From positions 1-39,754 of the IMG/VR virus record IMGVR_UViG_3300024325_000003: DNA of 39,754 nucleotides, one strand, 5' to 3'. Below the pieces are notes generated by a model. That model worked only from the letters and a program-made list of their open reading frames with translations, made no database searches and had not been told where the DNA came from. The translations under genes were made by a program, and so were the position numbers. Each line of letters opens with the position of its first letter. Within the stretch, counting starts at the first letter, position 1. Positions 16,317-25,734 of the stretch are shown here, one piece after another. Source of the stretch: a virus (Duplodnaviria; Caudoviricetes).

Positions 16317-16826
16317 TTACACAATTGTCCATGTTCCTATTCCTGATAGGTCATGCCAGGTATTATCTGATGGCTTAAAAACTAAATCAAGAATTGAACC
16401 TAATGCAGTGCTAGTCGCACTTCCACCAGAAGATGAAAGTTGATTGCTAACTTGAATAAATTGACCTAGAGGTGCCAAAACAACTACTGGTGAAGCTGTA
16501 TCAACATAGATAATACAAGAATTTCCAATAGTAGGAGCAGGAACAAAAGGTAAAGTAGCCGTTAATGCAGCATTACAAAAGTAACCATTTCCGACTTGTA
16601 TTGAAAAGTCGGCATTCTTTTCGGACCAAGCAAAACCCTCATTTGTAACTGTAACAGTAACTGTCCCTGTTCCTACATTACCTGTTGTTGCTGCTCCAAT
16701 ACCACCTGCTACAATTAATTTATTAGCCAATGGTACTACTTGAGCACCATCATCGGTTTGGAACACTGTAGGTACACTAGGAGGTACAGGGCCTTGAGAA
16801 GTATTGTTTAAACCGGCTTGGCTCAT
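16317..16826 (-). CDS. Virion/tail protein (MSQAG family)
   Basis: Located in the tail operon; beta-rich. Confidence 0.6.
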   Translation of the reverse strand: MSQAGLNNTSQGPVPPSVPTVFQTDDGAQVVPLANKLIVAGGIGAATTGNVGTGTVTVTVTNEGFAWSEKNADFSIQVGNGYFCNAALTATLPFVPAPTIGNSCIIYVDTASPVVVLAPLGQFIQVSNQLSSSGGSATSTALGSILDLVFKPSDNTWHDLSGIGTWTIV

Positions 16827-16833
16827 AAGTATC

Positions 16834-17433
16834 CTAGAATGGTACCGTTAAAAGGGTGTAATAGGTGGTTATTTTCATTGATCCATCCCCTGTCGGTGGG
16901 TCAATTCCACCAGGATTCGCTAAATAAAATTGATAGGTTAACCAATTAGCTTGGCTAACTTCATGCAAAGAAAAAGACCAAGTTTGCGGAAATGTTACAA
17001 AATAATTGGCAGATTGTCCTAACATTCCGAAATTTCCTGAGGTTCCACCTACAGTCAATGCAGCATCATAATAAACACTTAATGCAGTGGAACTCATATC
17101 AAAAGGAATAGTACCAAATAAATACTCTGCCACGCTATACCATATAATATATACTTGCCCTGCAGGTGGGGCTGGAAGTAATGCCTTAGGTACATTAGAT
17201 AAATTCTTTATTTGTGCTGCTGTAACCGTTACAGTATTTGAAAGCAATCCTGCCACTGCTGGAGCTGTTATAACTATTTGGTGAGCATTTCCTGGAGCAG
17301 ATGTGACAGCGCCACCAGCGCCATTAACGGCGACGGTTCCTGCATTTGTCGTAGCGGTTCCTGCATCTGTTACAAATGTTATTGTACCACCGCCTCCACC
17401 ACCGGAAGAATTAACAGTTCCCGCCTGACTCAC
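16834..17433 (-). CDS. Virion/tail protein (MSQAG family)
   Basis: GTG start; Gly linker; TVTAAQIKNL..P..LLPAP motif. Confidence 0.6.
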   Translation of the reverse strand: MSQAGTVNSSGGGGGGTITFVTDAGTATTNAGTVAVNGAGGAVTSAPGNAHQIVITAPAVAGLLSNTVTVTAAQIKNLSNVPKALLPAPPAGQVYIIWYSVAEYLFGTIPFDMSSTALSVYYDAALTVGGTSGNFGMLGQSANYFVTFPQTWSFSLHEVSQANWLTYQFYLANPGGIDPPTGDGSMKITTYYTLLTVPF

Positions 17434-17441
17434 TATTAAAC

Positions 17442-17777
17442 CTATGATTGTATAACATATTGCGATACGAGATATATTAAACCTGTCCCCGCTGCTGAGC
17501 CTTTGACATAAATTTGTGTTCCAGCTGGCATTGAAGGAAACTGAGAATTTATTCCTACTTTTCCTTCATCATATAACCAAAAAGAATTTGCAGGAGCCAC
17601 ATCCATATCATTTATTGCATCTATAGATATAGTCACAAGAACCGTAGAATTATTCACTAGCTTTAAAATATAAGAAGGAAATTTTAATGGAGTTCCTACA
17701 GCCTGGTAAGTATTATTTAACGTAGAAGAATCTATTGTCCTTAACGTTTCCCAAGCAATTCTATTTGTATAGCTCAT
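17442..17777 (-). CDS. Small beta-rich virion protein
   Basis: Tail operon position. Confidence 0.6.
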   Translation of the reverse strand: MSYTNRIAWETLRTIDSSTLNNTYQAVGTPLKFPSYILKLVNNSTVLVTISIDAINDMDVAPANSFWLYDEGKVGINSQFPSMPAGTQIYVKGSAAGTGLIYLVSQYVIQS

Positions 17778-17778
17778 C

Positions 17779-18003
17779 TTAAGCCTGTATTGGTTCTATT
17801 TTTGTTTCTTCGGAAGACTTAGCTTCGGCTTCTGCTTTAGCTTTTTCTTGCTGCAATCTAACATTATCTTCTATTTGGCCTACGTATTTTTGGAATTGAA
17901 ATAATGCTTCTTTAAGGCATTCTAAAGGCGAATCGTTATCGCAGATCAATTGAAATACTTTGTCATTTACTGTGTGTTCTAACTTTACGATATTCTTTAG
18001 CAT
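17779..18003 (-). CDS. Small coiled-coil protein, possible tail-fibre chaperone
   Basis: Downstream of the long spike gene. Confidence 0.55.
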   Translation of the reverse strand: MLKNIVKLEHTVNDKVFQLICDNDSPLECLKEALFQFQKYVGQIEDNVRLQQEKAKAEAEAKSSEETKIEPIQA

Positions 18004-18642
18004 TCAAACCTCTATGTGTTTCCAGTTTTCACCGCGTTTAATTCTAAGAATTGTTGTCTTAGAAACACCATATTGCTTGCCAATATCACGACTTGTCAAG
18101 CCTTTTTCAATTAATTTTTTTATCTCTTTTACCTGATAATCAGATAATTTTGCAGATCCATTTTCAGATCCCCTTTTATAAGGAGGAGGTAATTTTGATT
18201 GCCTGCATTTTCTTACTTTATCATCATTATTTTCTTTATGTGTTCCAATCCAAAGATGTTCAGGATTAGTACAAATAGGGTTGTCGCATGTATGACAAAC
18301 GTACATTCCTTCAGGGATTGCACCTTTATGAATTACCCATGAAGCCCTATGTCCTCGGTCTGGACCAATCTGCTTCCTGCAAGTCATTACAGGATAACCG
18401 CCCTTAGCAATAGAGCCTTTCCAATCCCAACAACCTTCTTTCCTAATAACGTTTTTTTCGAAACTTTTTTTTAATCTTTCAAATTTTTCTTCTGGTGTTG
18501 CATTATCTAATCTAAATTTTCCCCCAGGTGTAAAACCTGTATGTCCTCTACACTCATGACTACAAAATCTTGGAATTGATCTTCCTTTATTTTGGTAAAA
18601 AGGAAAATTTTTACCACATGTTACGCAAGTTAAATCATTCAT
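18004..18642 (-). CDS. HNH homing endonuclease with C-terminal HTH
   Basis: CWDWKG, HRASWVIH, VCHTCDNPICTNPEHLWIGTHKENNDD; true ATG at 18642 after GGAGG. Confidence 0.92.
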   Translation of the reverse strand: MNDLTCVTCGKNFPFYQNKGRSIPRFCSHECRGHTGFTPGGKFRLDNATPEEKFERLKKSFEKNVIRKEGCWDWKGSIAKGGYPVMTCRKQIGPDRGHRASWVIHKGAIPEGMYVCHTCDNPICTNPEHLWIGTHKENNDDKVRKCRQSKLPPPYKRGSENGSAKLSDYQVKEIKKLIEKGLTSRDIGKQYGVSKTTILRIKRGENWKHIEV

Positions 18643-18646
18643 AAAA

Positions 18647-18679
18647 CCTCCTAGGTTATAAAAACTATAACCTAAGAAG
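18647..18679 (-). promoter_or_regulatory. SD-sequestering hairpin upstream of the HNH gene
   Basis: CTTCTTAGGTTATA-gtttt-TATAACCTAGGAGG. Confidence 0.65.
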
Positions 18680-18697
18680 TAATTAATTGGAACACCT

Positions 18698-21220
18698 TTA
18701 TACAGGACGAACGATGAAATATCCGTAGCTTGATACATCGCCGGTCTGAGTCGATCCAGGCGTTCCGACTATGACACTCGTGACCGTAAAGCTAGCACCG
18801 TTAGAGATAGTATAAGTAAATTCCCCTAAAGTCGTAGAAGCATTCACAGCAGTTCTTGTTATGAAGATCATATCGCCGGTGGCAATATTTGTATTATTAA
18901 TAGTCTGGGTTCCCGCAGTAAGAACTCCAGTACCTCTAAAGTCAGTAACAGCACCACCCTTTATGGCTAGGAATTGTCCAGAGGATGCAATTACTAGAGG
19001 TCCCGTTGAGATTTGTACCCCGTGAGTTGCACCCGTACCACCACTAATGGTTGTAGTAGATGTTGAGTTACCAGAACCTAGAGCAACTGTGTTGACCGCA
19101 GCACCGTTACCGATTGCAATTGTATTAGCTGAAGCACCCGCACCGATGTTGATTGTCTTACCACCGGTTGAGTTAGCAATGTTAATAGTCTGAGCACCTG
19201 TACCACCGGCTATTGTGATAGTACCTGTGTTTGCTCCAGTACCTCCGAAGTTGATTGTTCCGGAAGTTGTTGAAGGTGCAAAGGTATAAATAGAAGTTGC
19301 AGCGCCATCAAGTGAGAAGTTACCTGTTCCGACTAATTGAGCTATTCCAGATGCTCCTGTTACGGAACCTATTGTAACAACGTTAGCACCTGCACCATCA
19401 CCAATGTTAATGGTCTTACCACCAGTACTATGTCCAATGTTTATTGTTTGAGCACCTGTACCAGGACCGATAGCTATAGTACCAGTTTGAGCACCTGTAC
19501 CACCAACGGTTACAGTACCAGTTGTCATTGCTGTACCTAGGTTAATCGCACCAGCAACTTGGACCGCAGCGATATTAACTGTACCAGCACCAGCACCATT
19601 AGCAATGGCAACAGTATTAGTTCCAGATGATGAACCAAGGATAATATTACCTGTTTGAGCTGTTCCCCCAATAGTGATTGTACCTGTAGTAGTACTTGCG
19701 CCAACTGCATATATTGATGCTGCGTTACCATCAAGACTGAAGTTACCTGTACCAACAAGCATTGATAAACTTGCAGTACTATTATTTGTACCGATTGTAA
19801 TAACGTTTGCAGAAGCGCCATCACCAATTTGAATCGTCTTAGCACCTGTACCACCATGACCAATCGTGATAGTCTGAGCGCCTGTTCCTGGGGCAATTGC
19901 GACTGTTCCTGTTTGAAGTCCTGTACCACCGACTGTAATAGTACCTGTTGTCATTGCAGCACCAATATTTACAGCACCAGCAACTTGAACGTTTGCAATA
20001 TTTACTGTGGTTGCTCCAGAACCATTTGCTATAAGAAGACTATTTGTACCTGATGAAGAACCAAGAGTCATGGTTCCTGTTTGAGCAGTACCACCAACAG
20101 TGATTGTACCAGTAGTCATACCCGCACCAACGTTTACCGCACCAGCTGTTTGAACGTTGGCTAAGTTTAAAGTAGTAGCGCCCGAACCGTTAGCAATTAG
20201 AAGTGAATTGGTACCAGAAGAACTACCAATAGTCATGGTTCCTGTCTGTGCAGTACCACCTATTGTAATAGTACCAGTTGTCATACCAGCACCAGCAGCA
20301 ATACTACCAGCAGTCTGTACGTTAGCTAATTGTAGAGTTGTAGCACCTGAACCACCGGCAATAACTAGAGTATTAGTTCCTGAAGATGATCCTAGAGTCA
20401 TTGTTCCTGTTGCAGCAGTACCACCGATTGTAAATGTACCGCTTGTTTGTGCAGCTCCCATTGTAACGTTTGTTGTTGCAGCAGTAGTAAGAACGAAATT
20501 CCCTGTACCTGCTTTTAATGTTAAAGCCGCTGCACCTGTTGCAGATCCGACGGTAACTAGGTTTGCTTGTGTAGAATCGCCGATATGGATTGATCTTGCA
20601 GCAGCTCCAGTACCAATATTAATTGTATCAGTTGTAGCATCAGCACCAATACTAATTGCTGTTCCACCTGTCGCCCAAGTTCCACCAGCTGTTCCTGTAG
20701 CAGTTGTAAATCCTAATGTAGTAAATGTAGCCGCTCCAGCTGATGTTCCACCAATTGTCGGAGGAGAGGCAAAAACTGCGGCTAGGTTAGATGGTTGAAC
20801 TGCTAAAGCTGTAACTCCTGGAACTGTTGCTGTTCCAGCTACTGCTTGGGCATCTGTAGCAAGATTTGTAATACCTGTAACAGTTGTTTGAGCTATATTT
20901 GCTCCAGCTAAAACAATACTTTGTACATATGTGAAAACATCATTTGCTAATGGAACTACTGATCCAGAAGGAGCTGTACCACCTTCTAATTGAGCTAAAG
21001 TAGATAATTTAACGCTACCAAATACAGAAGTTGAGGCTGGATTATCTCCACCAGTTACCCATGTTTGTCCATTAAATATATATTCTGTTGGTGGTGATGT
21101 TGAATTATCAAAATATTGTTGACCAAGCGATCCCATGAATGAAGCTGCTGGAGCTCCAACACCTGAGACTGCACCTTGTGGAACTGATATAAGGCCGCCG
21201 ATACCATAGCAGAGAGGCAT
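18698..21220 (-). CDS. Long G/T/A-rich beta-solenoid tail spike/fibre
   Basis: 11-aa periodic repeats grouped into about 55-aa super-repeats; lies in the tail region. Confidence 0.75.
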   Translation of the reverse strand: MPLCYGIGGLISVPQGAVSGVGAPAASFMGSLGQQYFDNSTSPPTEYIFNGQTWVTGGDNPASTSVFGSVKLSTLAQLEGGTAPSGSVVPLANDVFTYVQSIVLAGANIAQTTVTGITNLATDAQAVAGTATVPGVTALAVQPSNLAAVFASPPTIGGTSAGAATFTTLGFTTATGTAGGTWATGGTAISIGADATTDTINIGTGAAARSIHIGDSTQANLVTVGSATGAAALTLKAGTGNFVLTTAATTNVTMGAAQTSGTFTIGGTAATGTMTLGSSSGTNTLVIAGGSGATTLQLANVQTAGSIAAGAGMTTGTITIGGTAQTGTMTIGSSSGTNSLLIANGSGATTLNLANVQTAGAVNVGAGMTTGTITVGGTAQTGTMTLGSSSGTNSLLIANGSGATTVNIANVQVAGAVNIGAAMTTGTITVGGTGLQTGTVAIAPGTGAQTITIGHGGTGAKTIQIGDGASANVITIGTNNSTASLSMLVGTGNFSLDGNAASIYAVGASTTTGTITIGGTAQTGNIILGSSSGTNTVAIANGAGAGTVNIAAVQVAGAINLGTAMTTGTVTVGGTGAQTGTIAIGPGTGAQTINIGHSTGGKTINIGDGAGANVVTIGSVTGASGIAQLVGTGNFSLDGAATSIYTFAPSTTSGTINFGGTGANTGTITIAGGTGAQTINIANSTGGKTINIGAGASANTIAIGNGAAVNTVALGSGNSTSTTTISGGTGATHGVQISTGPLVIASSGQFLAIKGGAVTDFRGTGVLTAGTQTINNTNIATGDMIFITRTAVNASTTLGEFTYTISNGASFTVTSVIVGTPGSTQTGDVSSYGYFIVRPV

Positions 21221-21258
21221 ATGTAATCCTTTGTAGAGAATGTAAACTTTTTATTTTA

Positions 21259-21287
21259 AAAGTACGTTATCCTCAAATCATTGTCAA
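21259..21287 (-). promoter_or_regulatory. Promoter for the spike/fibre operon
   Basis: TTGACA-17-TACTTT. Confidence 0.6.
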
Positions 21288-21313
21288 TAAATTATTTTAA
21301 TTATTAATATTCA

Positions 21314-21342
21314 TTGCTATACATTGACACTTATGTTATAGT
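21314..21342 (+). promoter_or_regulatory. Divergent promoter for the HTH-HNH-TM cassette
   Basis: TTGCTA-17-TATAGT. Confidence 0.55.
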
Positions 21343-21360
21343 TTATGAAAAAGGAGTAAT

Positions 21361-21603
21361 ATGAAAGAAGAAGATAACGCATATTTATCCATCAAAGATT
21401 TTGCTAAAAGACTACGAGTACATCCAAATACCATTAGGAAAGCAATAAAAACTGGTTATATTAATGCATTCCGAGTTGGAAATAGCATTAAATCTAGTTG
21501 GCGTATTCCTACCTCTGAAATCCATAAATTAGCAATGATTGAATGGGAAAGTGTAGTGACTAAAATTGCAAAGGAACAATCAATAAATGTTATTAACATA
21601 TGA
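21361..21603 (+). CDS. Excisionase/MerR-like HTH (HTH_17) DNA-binding protein
   Basis: YLSIKDFAKRLRVHPNTIRKAIKTGYINAFRVG...WRIP; SD AAGGAG. Confidence 0.85.
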   Translation: MKEEDNAYLSIKDFAKRLRVHPNTIRKAIKTGYINAFRVGNSIKSSWRIPTSEIHKLAMIEWESVVTKIAKEQSINVINI

Positions 21604-22078
21604 TCAACAACGTCTTTTTGAAATTTTGAAAAGAGGTAAATTTACAAAGAATAATTGCTTTGAATGGACTGGAGGATGTGATAAAGATGGTTATGGAATT
21701 GCATCTTATACTCCTGAAAAAAATAAAAGAAAATCCTGGAAAGTACACCGTTTGATTTATTTTTTGACATATGGAGAAATTCCTAAAGAATTATGGGTCT
21801 TGCATAAATGCGACAACACTAAATGTTTTAATTTAAAGCATCTTTTCTTAGGAACTCCTAGTGACAATTCGCAAGATAGAGAAAAGAAAGCTAGATCTGG
21901 AAATAATTTTGAATCTGGAATTAATAACCCAATGTGTAATTTAACCGAGGAAATGGTACGAGAAATTAGAAAAATGCATGATAATGGAAAAAAGAATTGT
22001 GAAATAGCGAGACAATTTAAATTGAATCAAGGAACGATTTCAAAAATAGTTCTTAGAACACGATGGAAACACATATAA
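21587..22078 (+). CDS. HNH homing endonuclease with C-terminal HTH
   Basis: CFEWTG..DKDGYG, VHRLIY, VLHKCDNTKCFNLKHLFLGT..DNSQD. Confidence 0.92.
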   Translation: MLLTYDQQRLFEILKRGKFTKNNCFEWTGGCDKDGYGIASYTPEKNKRKSWKVHRLIYFLTYGEIPKELWVLHKCDNTKCFNLKHLFLGTPSDNSQDREKKARSGNNFESGINNPMCNLTEEMVREIRKMHDNGKKNCEIARQFKLNQGTISKIVLRTRWKHI

Positions 22079-22088
22079 AGGAGTGAAT

Positions 22089-22259
22089 ATGGAGAAAGAT
22101 TTAATTATTTGTCTATTTGTCATTTTTTTTATAATGACATTTTGGGCATTTATTTTTACTTGGCAACAGATAGGTTTTTTGAAAAAAGATAATGATAAAT
22201 TTAACCGAATGCTTATCGAATTTGAGATAAATAAAAAATATTGGAATATGGATAAATGA
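22089..22259 (+). CDS. Single-TM protein (56 aa)
   Basis: MEKDLIICLFVIFFIMTFWAFIFTWQQIGFLKKDND...; SD AAGGAG. Confidence 0.7.
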   Translation: MEKDLIICLFVIFFIMTFWAFIFTWQQIGFLKKDNDKFNRMLIEFEINKKYWNMDK

Positions 22260-22260
22260 T

Positions 22261-22479
22261 ATGGAATTAACAGTTTTACTTTGGATATTAGGTGGTGGAT
22301 TTGGTGGAACGTGGGGATTATGTTTATTCTTCATGAATCGCACGGATAATGGAATACAAGAATGTCGTAGAGAAATTACAGAAATAAGAAAAGAAATATC
22401 TGCTCTTCATCATTGCATTAAGGACCATCATGGAAGGCTTTGCATATTAGAAGATAAACAAAACAAGAAGGCGGAGTGA
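22261..22479 (+). CDS. TM plus coiled-coil protein (XhlA/holin-like architecture)
   Basis: N-terminal TM, heptad coil ending DHHGRLCILED. Confidence 0.7.
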   Translation: MELTVLLWILGGGFGGTWGLCLFFMNRTDNGIQECRREITEIRKEISALHHCIKDHHGRLCILEDKQNKKAE

Positions 22480-22480
22480 T

Positions 22481-22561
22481 ATGTTTGATTTATTTATATT
22501 AGCTTGTGGAACTGGAGTTATTGGATATTTGCTTTACCATGTTTTTGACTTTTCTTCATAG
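22481..22561 (+). CDS. Hydrophobic micropeptide (26 aa)
   Basis: MFDLFILACGTGVIGYLLYHVFDFSS; SD GGAG. Confidence 0.4.
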   Translation: MFDLFILACGTGVIGYLLYHVFDFSS

Positions 22562-23852
22562 GTGATTTTTCCAATTCTCTTTCTAAATGATTATAATATT
22601 TAATCATCTCTGGAATGTTTTCTTTAGCGCCCTTAGAAAACATTTCCAAATAGAATTTTCTTGTTGTAGGATTTGCCATTATTCTTTGAATTAATTCAAT
22701 TCCCTGAACTCCGGCAGCTACCGCACCAGCACCCGCGACAGTTGAAATAACAGCTTCAGGTCCTAATGCATAACCTTCAACTATAGCGCCTCCTATAGCT
22801 TTTGCTAGAGGTTTATCCGGTAAGTTTTTAGTTATAAATCTAGATAATTTTTTGCTTTGTTGATAACCAGAAAAAGCTTGATTTGCTTCTCTATATAATT
22901 TTAAAGCATTTCTATCAGGATGGCTTTTTATAACATCGTCAACTGCTTTTTGAAGTTTTGGGAAAAGATGTTGTGCCCTATGATATACATCGGGATCTCC
23001 CGCAATTTCATTTAAACTTCTTTTAGTTGCTATCATATCTCTTAATTCGACCTTGCCATTTTTATCTATCTTTTTAAGGACATTTTCAGCTTGATTTAAA
23101 ACTTTTAACTCAGACGGTGCCCCAGTACCTTCCTTCAATTTATCAATAAGATTTTGAGTTTTATGTTTCAGAAATCTTCCCTCGACTTTTATTCCTTTTG
23201 GTGTTAATGCTTCTACTTGATCATATCTATTTTTCCAAAACTTCTTTATTCCCCCAGGATTAAGTATAGACATCATGGCAATAGTGCCCATTTTAGCAGC
23301 ATTACTAGTAGTTTCTCCTAAACCTAATTTCTTGGAACCTTCTTTGATAGCTTGACCAGCTAAAGATAAACCTAAAGCCTTTCTGAATTTCGTTGGACCT
23401 AGAAAAGAAGCCACAGTTGAGGTTGCTTCATCACCCATTTGTTCTATTTCGTTTTTAGGTTGAAGATATCCTTTAGATAATTTATTTGATTTTTCTTTTA
23501 AATTTTCGGATGTAGGTAATTTAAAAGATACTTCTTCTTTTAATTTTTTTTGTTTTTCATTTAAAGGTATAAGTTTATCTACAAGTGGTTGTATGACCGT
23601 ATTTGCTAAGTCGTTAAAATCACCTGGCATTCCAATAATAGTTTCCAATGCACGCGAAGCAGTCCTAGAAACATGTCTAAGACCCTTTTCATAAATACTT
23701 TCTTCTGGTTTTATGTTTTTTAATCTAACAGATTCAAAAGGATCTTCTTGAGATTTCTCTTCTTCCTGTTGTGGTTCAGGTTGAGTTAATTTTTCAGGAT
23801 TTCTGATATTTTTCATCCTAACTTGTGCAAAAGGATCTTCTTGAGGCATCAT
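22518..23852 (-). CDS. Putative DNA ejection/internal virion protein
   Basis: Helical; third of three after the nozzle gene; duplicated QEDPF..VR(M/L)KNI motif. Confidence 0.6.
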   Translation of the reverse strand: MMPQEDPFAQVRMKNIRNPEKLTQPEPQQEEEKSQEDPFESVRLKNIKPEESIYEKGLRHVSRTASRALETIIGMPGDFNDLANTVIQPLVDKLIPLNEKQKKLKEEVSFKLPTSENLKEKSNKLSKGYLQPKNEIEQMGDEATSTVASFLGPTKFRKALGLSLAGQAIKEGSKKLGLGETTSNAAKMGTIAMMSILNPGGIKKFWKNRYDQVEALTPKGIKVEGRFLKHKTQNLIDKLKEGTGAPSELKVLNQAENVLKKIDKNGKVELRDMIATKRSLNEIAGDPDVYHRAQHLFPKLQKAVDDVIKSHPDRNALKLYREANQAFSGYQQSKKLSRFITKNLPDKPLAKAIGGAIVEGYALGPEAVISTVAGAGAVAAGVQGIELIQRIMANPTTRKFYLEMFSKGAKENIPEMIKYYNHLERELEKSPMKKSQKHGKANIQ

Positions 23853-25081
23853 GGAAGTAAAGCTCCTAAAGATTCATAATAAGGAATTTCTTCTTCTTTT
23901 ACTTGCAAATCTTCTCCATCAGGGGCAATCATTAAAGTATAACCTTTAGGAATACCAAGCTCTTCATTACGTATCATTTTCAAATTGTTTTTCATTTCTT
24001 CAGATCGAGAATGAACGTATTGTTCTAGCTGTTCATTAACTTTTCCTTGAAAATCTGGAGGAATTTTACCATAAGCTTTTTTGATACGATTAGCGATTTT
24101 ATGTTCTTCATTTAATGTATCTTGAACTATTTCTAGATTGGAAATGATTGCTTCATTGGCTTCCTTCGAAAAATCTGGGCTTGGGTATGCGTTTGAAAGT
24201 GTTTGGAATTCCTGTCCAGTTAATTGAGATCCAGCAATATCTTTAAAATCTGTAAATTGGTTTTTAACTTCAGCAGCAAATTCTCTTCTACCATCGCTTG
24301 TAAGACCTATTAACCCAGCTTTTTCAAGTAATTTATCAAATGGTTTTCCTGTGGCACCTTTCTTATTCAATTGCTTTAATCGATTAAGAGATTCTCTTTT
24401 TAGAACAGTGCGTTTCGTAGAGTCTTGCAATTTTGTATTATAGGCAGTGTCGGCTTTTGCTTGATCTTTTGTCAGTTCCTGTTCACGAACATATTCAGGG
24501 CTAGTTCTTCTTTGAGATTCTTCAAATTTCTTTTGTTCTCTTTGTTCACGTAATTTCACGTCTTTAGCATGATTCAAGGAACGAGCCATATTAGGATCAA
24601 TCGCTGAGATGGCAGCTATATCTGCATCGGTTAGTTTTGATACATCTAAACCACCTTCTTGTGCGTCCTGTTGCATTTCTTGAAGGGGTTGACCTTGATT
24701 GTTTTCTCCCCCAAGAGTTTTACCTAGAAATCCAAGTTTCTTTTCTAAAAGGCCTTCTTTATTTGCTCTATCTAATTCATATTTCTGTTGTTGAAGTTGA
24801 CTTTGTCCTGCAAGTTTCTGGCCATATTCTTGTTGATTCTGCCTAGATTGCATTGCTAATGCAAATGCCTTTTGACGCATTTCAGGGCCATATGAAGAAA
24901 TATCGATTCCAAATTCGTTTTTAATAGCTTCATTTTCTTGTTTCATTCTTGCTTCTTCGGATTTTTGATCCTGAAGTTTGCCTAAATGTTCAACTGTTCC
25001 TTGAGCCAATCTAGAAAAGCCACCCGCTAATTGCTCGCCTCTTGATGGACCTTTTTCTCTTGCTCGTATAATTTGTACCAT
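23849..25081 (-). CDS. Putative DNA ejection/internal virion protein
   Basis: Q/E/K-rich coiled coil; podovirus-like position. Confidence 0.6.
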   Translation of the reverse strand: MVQIIRAREKGPSRGEQLAGGFSRLAQGTVEHLGKLQDQKSEEARMKQENEAIKNEFGIDISSYGPEMRQKAFALAMQSRQNQQEYGQKLAGQSQLQQQKYELDRANKEGLLEKKLGFLGKTLGGENNQGQPLQEMQQDAQEGGLDVSKLTDADIAAISAIDPNMARSLNHAKDVKLREQREQKKFEESQRRTSPEYVREQELTKDQAKADTAYNTKLQDSTKRTVLKRESLNRLKQLNKKGATGKPFDKLLEKAGLIGLTSDGRREFAAEVKNQFTDFKDIAGSQLTGQEFQTLSNAYPSPDFSKEANEAIISNLEIVQDTLNEEHKIANRIKKAYGKIPPDFQGKVNEQLEQYVHSRSEEMKNNLKMIRNEELGIPKGYTLMIAPDGEDLQVKEEEIPYYESLGALLP

Positions 25082-25089
25082 AATATCTC

Positions 25090-25704
25090 CTACATTCCAC
25101 CAAACGCTGATGAACCTAATTTAGCTCCCGCTAATGCACCTGCGGGTCCTCCGGCAAAGAAACCAGCTGCACCACCGCCTAGAGCACCTAATGCGCCACC
25201 CCAGCCACCTAATGCTTGTTTCTGTTTTTGTGGTTTTTCAACAAGGAAGTTTTCTTGCGGTCTTTGATTCAATAATTGATTACTAAAATTCATCATATCG
25301 CTTATAGCTCCACGTTGAAGCTCTTGACGCTGTGATTGTAATTGTTGAGCGAAATCTGATGCTGCTTGATTTGCTGTATTTTGAAATCCGGAGCTATTTC
25401 TAGCACCAGTACCACCCATTCCACTAAACCTGGATGCGAGTCCACCCTGAAGACCTGCAAATTGTTTCAATGCCGGTGCTTCCATCTGATTGAACGTTTC
25501 TTCATCGCCACCCGCTAATTTAGATAGATAACTTTCAGGGCCTAATTGACCGAACATCTGTTGAAATAATTGCATCTGCTCTGGAGTGAAATTATTAAGA
25601 GTTCCTTTTTTATAACCCTTAGGAATCTTTTCTTTTGGCATTCCTGTACGACCTGAAGAACTCATTGAACCTGTAGGACCCATACTGCCTGTGAGTGATG
25701 ACAT
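25090..25704 (-). CDS. Putative ejection/pilot protein (P22 gp7-like position)
   Basis: Q-rich body and Gly/Ala-rich C-terminus GGPAGALAG; ATG at 25704 after GAGGT. Confidence 0.65.
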   Translation of the reverse strand: MSSLTGSMGPTGSMSSSGRTGMPKEKIPKGYKKGTLNNFTPEQMQLFQQMFGQLGPESYLSKLAGGDEETFNQMEAPALKQFAGLQGGLASRFSGMGGTGARNSSGFQNTANQAASDFAQQLQSQRQELQRGAISDMMNFSNQLLNQRPQENFLVEKPQKQKQALGGWGGALGALGGGAAGFFAGGPAGALAGAKLGSSAFGGM

Positions 25705-25734
25705 AAGCACCTCGTTTTTTTTTATTTTATCATA

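Noticed and set aside
18004-18697. Group I intron carrying the HNH
   Set aside because: Flanking genes are intact with their own stops and starts, and there is no room for a ribozyme core; the same holds for the other HNH genes
18643-18738. N-terminal extension of the HNH (244-aa call)
   Set aside because: Overlaps the spike gene end and the hairpin; the GGAGG-ATG at 18642 is the better start
20157-20798. 213-aa + strand ORF
   Set aside because: Antisense shadow of the repetitive G/T/A-rich spike gene; no SD
14971-21220. Diversity-generating retroelement targeting fibres
   Set aside because: No reverse transcriptase and no adenine-specific TR/VR pair seen
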